From Candidatus Parcubacteria bacterium (GTDB lineage: Bacteria; Patescibacteriota; Minisyncoccia; Phycocordibacterales; Zambryskibacteraceae), in contig JAIFWP010000004.1 of assembly GCA_019661785.1 (NCBI GenBank), forward strand, positions 1 to 51,374: a stretch of 51,374 nt of DNA, read 5' to 3'. Position numbers and translations under genes: made by a program. Below are positions 28,378 through 38,454 of the stretch, piece by piece; within the stretch, counting starts at the first letter, position 1, and each line of letters begins with the position of its first letter. A model generated the notes under the pieces. It made no database searches and was not told the origin of the DNA. It saw only the letters and a list, made by a program, of their open reading frames with translations.

Positions 28378-29493
28378 ATGAATCTGAACAAGATACCCAA
28401 GGGCATACGTTCCGCGCTACCATACTCACTCAAGCGCTTCTTGGTGCGCCAGTACGTACGCTGGAACATGCGCAAGTCACCGGGAAGCCTCGACGCACCC
28501 CGCATTAGCTTCGCGAGCATATTGCCGTCACAAGGCTCCTTCATCCGCGGAGGCAAGGTCAAGCTGACATATTTGCGCAAGAGATTCGGCGAATTCGCCA
28601 CGGGATACAATATCCTCTACCTCGTATCGAGCACCCTGCCCGGCTTCGCCGATATCTGGGTCGACGAGGCTAAGCGCAAAGGCATCAAAGTGGTTTGGAA
28701 CCAGAACGGCGTTGGCTATCCTGCTTGGACGAGCGACTGGAAGAAGGTGAACGACTTGATGAAGCCGATAACCAAAGCCGACTATGTCATTTACCAGAGC
28801 GACTTCTGCCGCAAGGAATGCGATGAGATGGTTGCCAAGTATAACGGCCCTCAAACAGTCCTCGTGAACTGCGTCGACACCGACAAGGCCACCCCGGCGA
28901 ACCCTCCCTTGCCTCTCGACCCTCTTAACCTTCTCATCACTGGCACTCATATGACGCCCGAGAAGGTACTCTTGCCTCTCGACGCCATGCGCATCTTGCT
29001 CGACCGAGGCATGAATGTCCGCGCCCTCGTCTACGGTCCCAGCGACTGGCCTAATGCAGACTCTGACATTGAGGCTAAGATTGCCGAGCTAAAGCTGGAA
29101 GGCCTGGTTGAAGTCCACGGCAAATATCTCCACGACGACTCTAGTGCCATATATAAGCGCGGGCACATCTTCCTTCACCTTAAGTACATGGACCCATCGC
29201 CAAACACCGTCCTCTCGGCCATGTCTTCAGGTCTCCCTGTGGTAGGCTCTAAGAGCGGTGGTACAGTGGAGCTAGTACCCCCTAGCGCTGGTATACTCCT
29301 AGATGTGCCCATCTCCCACGAGGCTCTGCATTACCCGAGTCCAGAGGAGGTGGCTAACGCTGTAGAGACGATAAGCAAAGACTGGTCGGCTTATAGCCAG
29401 AGCGCTAGAGCCCAGGCTGTCGCAGAGTTAAGCGTCGCTCACTGGCTTAAGGCCCATGAAGAAATATTCAAAAGTGTTTTAAAACATGAATAA
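28378..29493 (+). CDS. Glycosyltransferase family 4
   Basis: Motifs GGKVK, YQSDF, DPSPNTVLSAMSSGLPVVGSKSGGTVELV. Confidence 0.88.
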   Translation: MNLNKIPKGIRSALPYSLKRFLVRQYVRWNMRKSPGSLDAPRISFASILPSQGSFIRGGKVKLTYLRKRFGEFATGYNILYLVSSTLPGFADIWVDEAKRKGIKVVWNQNGVGYPAWTSDWKKVNDLMKPITKADYVIYQSDFCRKECDEMVAKYNGPQTVLVNCVDTDKATPANPPLPLDPLNLLITGTHMTPEKVLLPLDAMRILLDRGMNVRALVYGPSDWPNADSDIEAKIAELKLEGLVEVHGKYLHDDSSAIYKRGHIFLHLKYMDPSPNTVLSAMSSGLPVVGSKSGGTVELVPPSAGILLDVPISHEALHYPSPEEVANAVETISKDWSAYSQSARAQAVAELSVAHWLKAHEEIFKSVLKHE

Positions 29494-30418
29494 CAACAAG
29501 CCCACCATCTCAGTCCTCATGCCCGTCTACAACGGCGAGAGGTACGTTGCCGAGGCCATAGAAAGCATTCTCAGCCAAACATACTCAGACTTCGAATTTA
29601 TCATTATTAACGACGGCTCGACGGATAGTACTGAGAAGATAATAAAATCCTTCAACGACTCTCGCATTGTATATATAGACAATGGCGCGAACCTCGGCCT
29701 CTCCAAATCCTTCAACCTAGGTATCGATCGAGCTCGAGGCGAGTTTATCGCTCGCATGGATGCCGACGACGTGAGCGAGCCCAAGCGCTTCGAGCGACAG
29801 GTGCAGTTCCTAAAGAAGCGCCCTCATGTGGGCATAGTCGGCTCGAGCATGAGCCTCATAGACGAAGACGGCCGTATAAGGCGAGTCTACAGGCGCCAGC
29901 TCGATCACATGAATATCAAATTCGCGAGCCTCTTCTCTACCCCAATCATGCATCCAACCATCATGGGTCGGACAGAGGTCTTCAAGACTCACCACTATAA
30001 CGAAGGATTATCGAACTCCGAAGACTATGAGCTCTGGAGCCGGCTCCTCTTCGAGTCAGAGACTCACTTTGCCAATATCCGCGAGCCGCTTCTCCGTTAT
30101 CGCACTTATCCGCATTCCTTCACTCAGACCTTGAACCTCGACAAGAGAGTCGTCTCTGCGCATAACTCCATACGCAACATGGAACGCTACACGAAGCTCT
30201 CCGAGCGAGAGAAGAGGCTCATAGTCCGCATGCGCCAAGAGCAGAACATTTCCTTGTCTGACATGTTCGCCGCTACCGCGCTCTACTTCAGAGCCGCGCG
30301 CAACTTCTGCCGCAAGGAGCATCTTGGCAAACGCAAGACCTTTCGCATCTATATACAAGTCCTGCCAAACCTCTATTTCTTGGCTAAATATAAGCTCAAA
30401 AGGCTCTTGAATAGATAG
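29486..30418 (+). CDS. Glycosyltransferase family 2
   Basis: Motifs ISVLMPVYN, INDGSTD, ARMDADD, HPT, SEDYELW. Confidence 0.92.
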   Translation: MNNNKPTISVLMPVYNGERYVAEAIESILSQTYSDFEFIIINDGSTDSTEKIIKSFNDSRIVYIDNGANLGLSKSFNLGIDRARGEFIARMDADDVSEPKRFERQVQFLKKRPHVGIVGSSMSLIDEDGRIRRVYRRQLDHMNIKFASLFSTPIMHPTIMGRTEVFKTHHYNEGLSNSEDYELWSRLLFESETHFANIREPLLRYRTYPHSFTQTLNLDKRVVSAHNSIRNMERYTKLSEREKRLIVRMRQEQNISLSDMFAATALYFRAARNFCRKEHLGKRKTFRIYIQVLPNLYFLAKYKLKRLLNR

Positions 30419-30420
30419 TT

Positions 30421-31221
30421 ATGAAGATAGCTCTTATCGGTACTGGTCGCTGGGGTAAGGTGCTCCTTCACGAGCTTGCGAAGCAGGCCGAGGTCAAATA
30501 CCAGTGCGACAGCGAGAGCGATTTAAATCAGGTTTTTAACGACAAAGAGGTAGAAGCAGTTTTCATCGCGACTCCTACCAGCACTCATTTTGATATTGCG
30601 AGTCGAGCGCTCGAGGCCGGCAAGCACGTCTTCTTGGAGAAGCCAGGGACCGAGAGCGCAAGCAACCTGGAGAAGTTAGTGAACAAAGCCAAAGAGAAAA
30701 ACTTAAAGTTTGCTATAGGTTACGAGTTCCCTCATCACAAAGCCGCCAAAAAGCTCAAAGAGCTCATTCAAGGCAAACAAGTGCGGAGTGTGCGCTTCGA
30801 CTGGCAGAAGTGGGGTACCTTCAAAGACAGCGCCATCCCCCATCTCCTATCACACGAGATATCTATCGCGCACTCGCTTGGCATTAATATGGAGCCGGTG
30901 TCACACAAAGTTACGAAAGTCGTATCAGACACCGACATACTAGAGACAGAGTTTCAGAACAATATCAAATCTGTCATAAATCGCGTAAGTCCTGTAAAAC
31001 AGAAGACTCTTACTATCCTAACCGATGATGGCAGCTACATCTGGAGCAACAACGAACTCTTTGAGATAGATGGCGATACGCTTAAGACAATTGATTTGTC
31101 TGAGGCAACTCCTGTAGCCGAGGAGATAAAAGACTTTTTGGATGCTATCCAAGAGAACCGCGAACCGTTTTGTAACGGCAACTTCGCCCTCGGCGTATAC
31201 GGGGTTATTGAGAGGATTTAG
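30421..31221 (+). CDS. Gfo/Idh/MocA family oxidoreductase
   Basis: Motifs IGTGRWG, IATPTSTH, GKHVFLEKP. Confidence 0.9.
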   Translation: MKIALIGTGRWGKVLLHELAKQAEVKYQCDSESDLNQVFNDKEVEAVFIATPTSTHFDIASRALEAGKHVFLEKPGTESASNLEKLVNKAKEKNLKFAIGYEFPHHKAAKKLKELIQGKQVRSVRFDWQKWGTFKDSAIPHLLSHEISIAHSLGINMEPVSHKVTKVVSDTDILETEFQNNIKSVINRVSPVKQKTLTILTDDGSYIWSNNELFEIDGDTLKTIDLSEATPVAEEIKDFLDAIQENREPFCNGNFALGVYGVIERI

Positions 31222-32263
31222 CGAGTCTTAGGACTTCGCTGGCTGCTTCCATACAGTTGCCGATTTTGCCTGAGAAGACATGGATAATTTTGTCACCCAC
31301 TTTAGACACCAGTGTCGGACGCTCGTCGGTCTTGTCGACATTTGGCAATACAGTCCGCACAGTAAACATTGAGCCAACATACTCGGCGTCTTTCAAATCG
31401 GGCATAAACTTGGTTGCTACTTGCAAGAAACGCTCAATGTTCGTCACAGGAGGATTCTTCACAATGCCTTTATTCAAAAGAGGTTTGATGTCGTCCGGCA
31501 CTATAGGGAAAAATCCTGTATTAGAGGCGTGTATAGCATGCACAACATTGCCCATGACATGCATATCTGTAATGCTGTAGGGGTCAATGCAAAAGAAGGG
31601 CCCATCCATGACCACGATGCTCTTGCCCTTATACTTCGTGGGGAGCCTTAGGACAGGCTTCTCACAGACTTCGAACTGATACTCTTTCCTAGCCTCTGGG
31701 AAGTTCTCCAGGATGAAGTTCGAATTGGCATAAGTGCAGTTAACCACAAGGTCGTACTCGCCCATGTCGCTCGGCGTGAAAGCCGTGTCGAGTCGGAGAT
31801 TTACCCTAGAGCTGTCGAGCTTCTGCCTAGCTATCTCACGGAGCTTCACCGGATCCATCAGCGATTCTCTACCTCGAATGGATATATCCACGAAAGGAGC
31901 GCTCACATGCTCGTCGAGGTTCACCTCCTCATGCTCGAGCTCGCACTCCTTGCAGAAGTTTAAGTACTCCTCTCCGGTGACCTTGCTGTCCTCCTTGGCA
32001 ATGACGTAGTAATGCTCGTTGTCTTCGAGCACTGCCTCTCCATACTCCTCTCGAAATGAGTCTTCGGCATACTTAGACGAGAGAGCTGTAGCCTTCGACC
32101 TTGGGTAGTGATAGCCGCGATGCAGGCGGTACTGGTTGATGCCGGAGGCAGCGGAGAGGATGTCATTGTTCTTCTCGTAGAGTACGACATCATGTCCTGC
32201 CTTCGAGAGCTTCACGGCTGCGCTCACTCCGAATATTCCCGCGCCTACAACAGCTATCTTCAT
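31205..32263 (-). CDS. FAD-dependent oxidoreductase (DAO-like)
   Basis: Motifs VVGAGIFG, ASGINQYRLHRGYHYPRS, MDGPF, SGKI. Confidence 0.88.
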   Translation of the reverse strand: MKIAVVGAGIFGVSAAVKLSKAGHDVVLYEKNNDILSAASGINQYRLHRGYHYPRSKATALSSKYAEDSFREEYGEAVLEDNEHYYVIAKEDSKVTGEEYLNFCKECELEHEEVNLDEHVSAPFVDISIRGRESLMDPVKLREIARQKLDSSRVNLRLDTAFTPSDMGEYDLVVNCTYANSNFILENFPEARKEYQFEVCEKPVLRLPTKYKGKSIVVMDGPFFCIDPYSITDMHVMGNVVHAIHASNTGFFPIVPDDIKPLLNKGIVKNPPVTNIERFLQVATKFMPDLKDAEYVGSMFTVRTVLPNVDKTDERPTLVSKVGDKIIHVFSGKIGNCMEAASEVLRLAKSSQ

Positions 32264-32883
32264 GCCCAGTTTAAGTCAATATTAGATAGGCCCAGGGATT
32301 TTATCCTTGCCTTGAGCCTTTCTGTCGGCTCTTTGAGCGTTGGGAAGCGCTCATGAGTCTCTACGGCTATGTGCCTAATGCCCTCAATGAGTCCTCTGTC
32401 GATGAGCTTATTTAGGACCTTCACTTCCTCTCCTTCAATGTCCATCTTGAGGAGTCCTACAGGCTTGCCGAGACTCTCTATGAATTCGGCCAGGTCAACA
32501 ACCTCGACTTCGCTCACTTGGCTCTTGTCCAAATGAGGCTTCTCAGCGATGAGCGTCGAGCCCGTGGACCACTTCTCAGGGTCTTCGCTGTAACGGTCGT
32601 TAACATAAAATCTCTCTCGGCCATTGTGGTCAGAGACAGCTTTGTTTATACAAGTAACCCCTGTTACTCCATCAAATTTCTTCTTTAGCGCGCCATAAGC
32701 GCTTTTATCAGGCTCGAAGGCGTAGACTATGACCCCAGGCTTTACCATTCTCTCGGTGACGCCTCCCACATTGGCTCCGCAATCTATAGCAACCTCACCA
32801 GGCTGAAGCGAGCTGAAAAACTTCTTGTACCGCAGCTTCCGCAGATAGGGACCAATCTTAGGCCAGTCGTAGATGTTTACCAT
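32260..32883 (-). CDS. FkbM family methyltransferase
   Basis: Motifs IDCGANVG, AFEPD, LKMDIEGEE, VETH. Confidence 0.9.
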   Translation of the reverse strand: MVNIYDWPKIGPYLRKLRYKKFFSSLQPGEVAIDCGANVGGVTERMVKPGVIVYAFEPDKSAYGALKKKFDGVTGVTCINKAVSDHNGRERFYVNDRYSEDPEKWSTGSTLIAEKPHLDKSQVSEVEVVDLAEFIESLGKPVGLLKMDIEGEEVKVLNKLIDRGLIEGIRHIAVETHERFPTLKEPTERLKARIKSLGLSNIDLNWA

Positions 32884-33788
32884 ATCGCTTTCTTAGGGTG
32901 AGAGTGGATTATGAGGACCCAGAAGATAGGCGAGCTTGAGGGCTGCTTCACATCCTGTTCTATAGAGCTTACCACTTCGGCATTATATTTCTTGAGGTCC
33001 TTATCAAAGGTGGCTTTGCCGCGCTTCAATAGGAGTGGCCAGGTGAAGTGCTTCCACTGCACCTTCTTCCCCGCTTCTCCTCCAAGACCATATAGATAAA
33101 ACTTAGTATCATCGCCAAAGAGGCGCGTTATCTTAGAGATATTCCTCGGTGTATACTGTCGCACCCCATGGAAGAGGTATAGCGGCAATATGGCCTTAGC
33201 TGGGAAGTTATGTATTTGTATGACGGGCTTGTCTGTCGAAGCCACAAAACTTCTTATTTGCTCGAAGAAAGCCACATCCTCGTCAAAATGCTCTATGGCC
33301 GACTGCGTGACGAACATGTTGGCCTTCTTGGGGGTGAGCGGGAGAATGTCGCTCGATGTCGACTGGATGAAGCTGAAGTTCTTATGCTCGGCTTTGAGCT
33401 TGGACCAGTTCTCGCGCCTCTTGGCGTCTACCCCTGTATAGGAGTCGACACGCCCTCCGCTCGCATCAAGAAGTCTAGTAGCATAATTCCCCTGTCCGCA
33501 GCCCGTGTCGAAGATGTGTATCTCACCAAGCTCCTCTTTGATTTCTTCCCAAGGCAAAGTCCGCCAGAAGAGGTCCGAGAGGCGCCTCCCTACTGAGCTC
33601 GCTTCAAAGGTGCTCCCGAGATGCTCTTTCCACTCCTCGCCGCCGAAGCTCCTTATATCTATCCTCTTATCGACGCGAGCATAAGGGAAAAGGTTGTTCG
33701 CCCAATTGAGGAAGAGATACGCCAATTTAACCAGAGGGTTAAGGCCCCTGTCGGCGTTAAGACTGTGAATAGAGGTAGATTTCTTCAT
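32877..33788 (-). CDS. Class I SAM-dependent methyltransferase
   Basis: Motifs IFDTGCGQG, GVD, QSAIEHF. Start reassigned to ATG 33788 (MKKSTS). Confidence 0.8.
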   Translation of the reverse strand: MKKSTSIHSLNADRGLNPLVKLAYLFLNWANNLFPYARVDKRIDIRSFGGEEWKEHLGSTFEASSVGRRLSDLFWRTLPWEEIKEELGEIHIFDTGCGQGNYATRLLDASGGRVDSYTGVDAKRRENWSKLKAEHKNFSFIQSTSSDILPLTPKKANMFVTQSAIEHFDEDVAFFEQIRSFVASTDKPVIQIHNFPAKAILPLYLFHGVRQYTPRNISKITRLFGDDTKFYLYGLGGEAGKKVQWKHFTWPLLLKRGKATFDKDLKKYNAEVVSSIEQDVKQPSSSPIFWVLIIHSHPKKAIW

Positions 33789-33789
33789 A

Positions 33790-34521
33790 TCAATCTTTGG
33801 CTGCGAGGAGATACATCTTCTCGTGGAAGAGGTTTGGCACGAGGCTCTTAAGCATAGGCTCAATGATGCGATGCATGAGGCCTGCCAAGCTAGGTGCTCG
33901 CCAGATGAGCGGCATGTGGAGACCAAATACTTCGCCATGCAGGATGTTGAAATGCTCCTTGAGCTTGCTGTCGTACTCGCCAAAGCTCATGTGGTTCCTA
34001 AATCCCCCTTGTATGGGCACGAACTTATTGCGGCTCGATGTAACCGATGCGACAGAGCATATATAAAAGCCGTTAGGCTTCATAAGCTTCTTGGCTAAGA
34101 CGAGTTCGCTATCGAGGTCGGTCAAATTGAGCACACCCACTTCTACCACTAAATCATATTGATATACCGGCCCCTCTCCCCTTACATAAAACTCTATGGC
34201 TGGGTATCTCTCCTTAGCCTCGCGTATCATCTGAGGCGATATATCGACGCCTACGAGCCTAGAGAATTGAGGATACTGCCTGTGTATGCTCTCTAAAATG
34301 ACGCCATCGGCGCAGCCGACTTCCATGAGAGTGGGCGAGCTTAGTCTAGGCAACACTCTGGCGATAAGCCCCATTAACATGTCCCTCCTCCTTTTGAAAA
34401 AGAAGTGTACATAATCCATATCCTTCTCCGGATATCTCTTGCTTGAGTACGAGCCACTTTCCGAGTCGTAGAAGGCGGTGTCGCGCTTTATAATTGCTTT
34501 GTCTGTTACTTTTTCTTGCAT
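33790..34521 (-). CDS. Class I SAM-dependent methyltransferase
   Basis: Motifs MEVGCADG, GVDISPQM, MKPNG. Confidence 0.85.
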   Translation of the reverse strand: MQEKVTDKAIIKRDTAFYDSESGSYSSKRYPEKDMDYVHFFFKRRRDMLMGLIARVLPRLSSPTLMEVGCADGVILESIHRQYPQFSRLVGVDISPQMIREAKERYPAIEFYVRGEGPVYQYDLVVEVGVLNLTDLDSELVLAKKLMKPNGFYICSVASVTSSRNKFVPIQGGFRNHMSFGEYDSKLKEHFNILHGEVFGLHMPLIWRAPSLAGLMHRIIEPMLKSLVPNLFHEKMYLLAAKD

Positions 34522-35141
34522 ACTATGTAGTAGCCAGTGGTCATTATATTCTTGTCTCTCCCAACATGCTTGATATCGCCATACTCCCTTAGGGTAAGGC
34601 CATTCAAGTGATCCAGTATAAAGGCGAGCAAGAACAGCACCAATTTGGAGAGTTTATTGAAGCGTAATTCCGACTGGAAGGCGAGCCTCTGTAAGAGCGC
34701 CCCAATAGCGGAGAAGTTCTCTGTCTCCTCTACTATTTCGACTATCTCCCATTCTTTGAAGAGCTCTCTGAGGCCATACTTCGTATACCTCCAATAATCA
34801 TGAGGGGTATCGTGGAGCGGGAAGACAAAGCGGGTCGACAATATGAGTTGCCCACCCCTCTTTGCCACTCGTCGAAGCTCGCTCTCGACCTTGAAGGGAT
34901 TCTTCACATGTTCGAGCACCTCCGTGCAGAGTATCACCTCGAACTCTTCATCCTTGAAGGGTAGGTCGTGAGCGTCCGCGACCACTTCAGGCTTGCGAGT
35001 TGGATCCAAGTCCATCGTAAGTCTATCTGGAAAATATTTGCTATACGCTGAACCGCCAGAGCCCACATCCAAGGTCCTCTTTGTAGTAGCGTGCCTCTGC
35101 AGGAATCTCTCTAGATTCTTTCTTGTGATTTTCTTAAACAT
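34506..35141 (-). CDS. Class I SAM-dependent methyltransferase
   Basis: Motifs LDVGSG, ADAHDLPF, TEVLEHV, FPLHDTPHDYWRYT. Confidence 0.88.
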   Translation of the reverse strand: MFKKITRKNLERFLQRHATTKRTLDVGSGGSAYSKYFPDRLTMDLDPTRKPEVVADAHDLPFKDEEFEVILCTEVLEHVKNPFKVESELRRVAKRGGQLILSTRFVFPLHDTPHDYWRYTKYGLRELFKEWEIVEIVEETENFSAIGALLQRLAFQSELRFNKLSKLVLFLLAFILDHLNGLTLREYGDIKHVGRDKNIMTTGYYIVCKKK

Positions 35142-36255
35142 TTTCGACAAATTTTACTATCTTCTCTGCGCGACTCTTCCACGAGTAGCCTCTGACTTTG
35201 TTTAGGGCTCGCTCGGCCCTTTGTTTTGACTCTTCCTGCTCGCCTAGAGCCCGATCTATACTCTCTGCGAGGCTCTTGGCATCATCAGGTTTGAAGAAGT
35301 AAGCATCGGTATGGCCGAGTATCTCACGCAGAGACGGCAAGTCCGACGCCACGATAGGCACTCCGCTAGCCATATAGCCGAACATCTTCATAGGAGAGGT
35401 ATAGAGCTTAGAGATATCCTCTTTAGCGCTGTTTGGTATCACCAAGAGGTCTGCTGCCTTCTGGAAGATAGGCGTCTCTTGGCGCGGCCTATTGCCCATG
35501 AGAAGCAGGCTGTCGTGAGGGAACTCAGTCCTTATCCTCTCCTCCTCATCAGGCAGACCACCGATGAAGACAATCTTCACCTCAGGAGTATTTACATATC
35601 TAGCCGATTCTGCCAGAGTCTCAACCCCCTTCCACTTACCAAAGGAACCTTTATACAAGACTATTTTGCATTGGTTTGGCAGACCGAGCTTTTTTCTAGC
35701 TTCGTCCTGTGAGATATCGATGTCAAAGCGCTCTATATCTGCTCCATCTGGCGCTACCATGATGTCGCTCTTCCCCACTCCCATGGATACATAGAGGTCC
35801 TTGAGACCTTGGCTTATAACTACAATCTTCAACCCGAACAAGACGAGGAGCTTAACCACAAAGTTGCGGTGGCCCATATGAGCCTCCCAAGCCACTCTCT
35901 TGCCCATGAGACTGAGCGCCACAGCCACAAGCTCATCGCGTGTATAGAAGATATCGTCCTTGCCTAGCGAGAAAAAAGCCGCCATCTTCGCGAAGGATAG
36001 CAATCCCAGGAGATATCCAAACTTGCCCCACCTTTGAATGTCGAGCGACCAGAGTTTCCTTATAGAGAAGATTGGCTTGATATCATAGAACTCAAATGGG
36101 TCTTCCTTAACCTTGAGACGGCGCGTGGGTATGAGTAGCTCCACCTCACGGCCAAGGAGAGCAAAGGCTTGGCACATCTCCATTATCTGGATGCCATGGG
36201 CCCGCGTTGTCGGGATCTTCACATTAGCAATGTAGTAGATTTTCTTCATGCGCAT
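35134..36255 (-). CDS. Glycosyltransferase family 4
   Basis: Motifs RAHGIQI, KGVE, SPMKMFGYMASGVPIVASDLP. Confidence 0.9.
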   Translation of the reverse strand: MRMKKIYYIANVKIPTTRAHGIQIMEMCQAFALLGREVELLIPTRRLKVKEDPFEFYDIKPIFSIRKLWSLDIQRWGKFGYLLGLLSFAKMAAFFSLGKDDIFYTRDELVAVALSLMGKRVAWEAHMGHRNFVVKLLVLFGLKIVVISQGLKDLYVSMGVGKSDIMVAPDGADIERFDIDISQDEARKKLGLPNQCKIVLYKGSFGKWKGVETLAESARYVNTPEVKIVFIGGLPDEEERIRTEFPHDSLLLMGNRPRQETPIFQKAADLLVIPNSAKEDISKLYTSPMKMFGYMASGVPIVASDLPSLREILGHTDAYFFKPDDAKSLAESIDRALGEQEESKQRAERALNKVRGYSWKSRAEKIVKFVENV

Positions 36256-38405
36256 CTGCTTAGCTCTCTAACTATTATCTCTATGGTCTTCTCAAGGCCG
36301 TGGCTCTCCTCAACATACTTCTTCTGCGCGTGAGTAATGGCTTGTTTCTGCTCTGCCGACATGTTTAAAGCGTCCTCTAGTTTATTGGCAAAGTCTCTGG
36401 CATCATTTTCATTAAACATTAGCTCACTCGACACCACGCCAGCAAAAGAGGTATTCGACAGCACGACGAGAGAGCCCGACATCATGGCCGAGAGCACGGT
36501 CTTGTCAAAGGAGCCTGAGTTAGTCATATTCACAAAGATTTCATGCGAACCATACATCTCTGGAGTCTTTGTATTTGGCACAGACGGTCGGAAGACGAGT
36601 TTGCCCTTCTCCACAAGTGCCTGGGACTCTTTCTGCAAGGCTTCATAGTAACCCTGGTCGCTTGCCTCGGCATCACCCACTATAGACGCGACGAAGTCTG
36701 CACCTTCATCGTCGAGAATCTTCAAAGCTCTTACCAACACATCGAGATTCTTCACCGGACCTATGCGGCCCATCGAGAGTATAGACCTAGGCATGCGAGT
36801 GACGCTCAGAGTATCCTTGAATTTACTCAAGTCTGTACCAGCTGGCACTACCTTGGTCTTCTTGTATCTCGCAGTGAAGGATTGCGGCGAGGTGCAGAAA
36901 ACAACGTTGGATAACCACACAGCTATGGGAGTCTTCCAAGTACCTTGGATATGGTTCCTAAACATAGCTACAGGCCTCCCTGTAAGCCTCCACCACCATC
37001 CAGCAAGGAGTACGTATTCCTCGTTCATGTGCACAAAGACCGCATCGTAGTTTCCTCTCTCCTGCCATATATATTTATAAAAGCGCGCAAGATAGCCTGG
37101 CCTGGACAAGCCTGCTTCTTTGCCAAGAGAGAGGACTTTTACCCCATGAGACAGGCTCATCTCGCCTTGTTCAAGGCAAATAACCGTAAGCGGATCAGAG
37201 TATTTGTGGAATTCCTCTATCCAGCGATGATATGCCCCAAGCACAGGGTCGTTCTTACTTACTTTCTGTGTGATGACTAGTAGCTTCATATTTTTGCGTT
37301 GAGCCAAGAGGCCCTGCCAAGCGCTAGCCATGCGGCCCAAGTACTCAGTCTTCGTAAGGAGAGTTGTGTCGAGCTTGTCGCGCAGACTCATGCGCATAGT
37401 CTCGCGCTTGGCATTATCCTCTATAAGCGCGTGTGCGCCCCTAAGCAAGCACTCGGTATCGCCCACCGGGCAGATGATGGCGTCCTTGTCATTCTCGAGA
37501 TCGTTTGCGATGCCTACCGCTGTAGTGAGCACCGGTAATCCTGCCAAACCCGCCTCGACCAAAGACAGGCCATAACCCTCGAAGTCTGAAGTCTGGAGGA
37601 AGAGGTTCGCGCTCCTGTAGTAGGAAGTCAGGTCCTCTTGCCACCCAGCGAATGCCACATTCTTCTCTACACCAAGAGACTTAGATAGAGAACGCAGATG
37701 TCCCTCCTCTGGTCCGGAACCTACGATAACGAGACCGATGTTTGGGAAGATGAGCTTGGCTTTCTCTAAGACCTTGAGCGCGAGGGGTAGATTCTTCTCT
37801 TTAGTGAGTCTTGAGACTGTGAGCATCACGAACTGCCAACCAAAACGCTCATGGAGGTCGAATGGGACCGAACCTGTGTCGAGTCGAGCCCGGTCTACAT
37901 ATATTGGCAAAATGCTCACTCTCCCCGCGGACAAGTTAAAACGCTTTATGAGTTTGTCAGCAACGGCTGAGCTAACCACTCGCAGACTATCTGCTTCGGC
38001 AATAACGCGCTCGGCGATAATCTTCCTAATGCTATTCAAAAAACCGCCGAACCTCTCTGAGAACGGATCAGTATGGAGCTGCACTTCGAGCGGGATGCGT
38101 AGAGCCTTCTTCACTTTGAGTCCCGCCCATCCGCATTCAAATGGGTCTTGAGCAGTTATAAGGTCGCAGACTATGCCTCGGCCTATCCGCGCAGCATCTA
38201 TCGGTCGCAGGAACTTGTTTATTGAGTTGGTTGGATATACCCAGAGATTGTCAGAGAGCTTCGTATTAGAGAGGTTGTGCCCACGGTCTGAGAGCAGCAC
38301 GACATGGAGCTCATCGACCAGTCCCGCATACTCCTTAAGCCGCGAGGAAACCGCGCTTCCAGGCGTTAGAGCCATCCTGTCACTGCCTATCATTAGGACC
38401 TTCAC
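36246..38405 (-). CDS. Double GT4 glycosyltransferase (two complete GT-B units fused)
   Basis: Unit 1: SRLTKEK...EGYGLSLVEA. Unit 2 begins MKLLVITQKV (ATG 37289) and has GRIGPVK...GSFDKTVLSAM. Confidence 0.88.
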   Translation of the reverse strand: MKVLMIGSDRMALTPGSAVSSRLKEYAGLVDELHVVLLSDRGHNLSNTKLSDNLWVYPTNSINKFLRPIDAARIGRGIVCDLITAQDPFECGWAGLKVKKALRIPLEVQLHTDPFSERFGGFLNSIRKIIAERVIAEADSLRVVSSAVADKLIKRFNLSAGRVSILPIYVDRARLDTGSVPFDLHERFGWQFVMLTVSRLTKEKNLPLALKVLEKAKLIFPNIGLVIVGSGPEEGHLRSLSKSLGVEKNVAFAGWQEDLTSYYRSANLFLQTSDFEGYGLSLVEAGLAGLPVLTTAVGIANDLENDKDAIICPVGDTECLLRGAHALIEDNAKRETMRMSLRDKLDTTLLTKTEYLGRMASAWQGLLAQRKNMKLLVITQKVSKNDPVLGAYHRWIEEFHKYSDPLTVICLEQGEMSLSHGVKVLSLGKEAGLSRPGYLARFYKYIWQERGNYDAVFVHMNEEYVLLAGWWWRLTGRPVAMFRNHIQGTWKTPIAVWLSNVVFCTSPQSFTARYKKTKVVPAGTDLSKFKDTLSVTRMPRSILSMGRIGPVKNLDVLVRALKILDDEGADFVASIVGDAEASDQGYYEALQKESQALVEKGKLVFRPSVPNTKTPEMYGSHEIFVNMTNSGSFDKTVLSAMMSGSLVVLSNTSFAGVVSSELMFNENDARDFANKLEDALNMSAEQKQAITHAQKKYVEESHGLEKTIEIIVRELSRCA

Positions 38406-38454
38406 AGGCCGATTATACCTTTATTTTGGGCCTTTTTAAAGCTATAATGGCCCC
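38406..38454. promoter_or_regulatory. Divergent leaderless promoters
   Basis: TATAAT lies 6 nt before GTG 38405 (minus, 38412-38417) and 6 nt before ATG 38455 (plus, 38443-38448). Confidence 0.75.
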
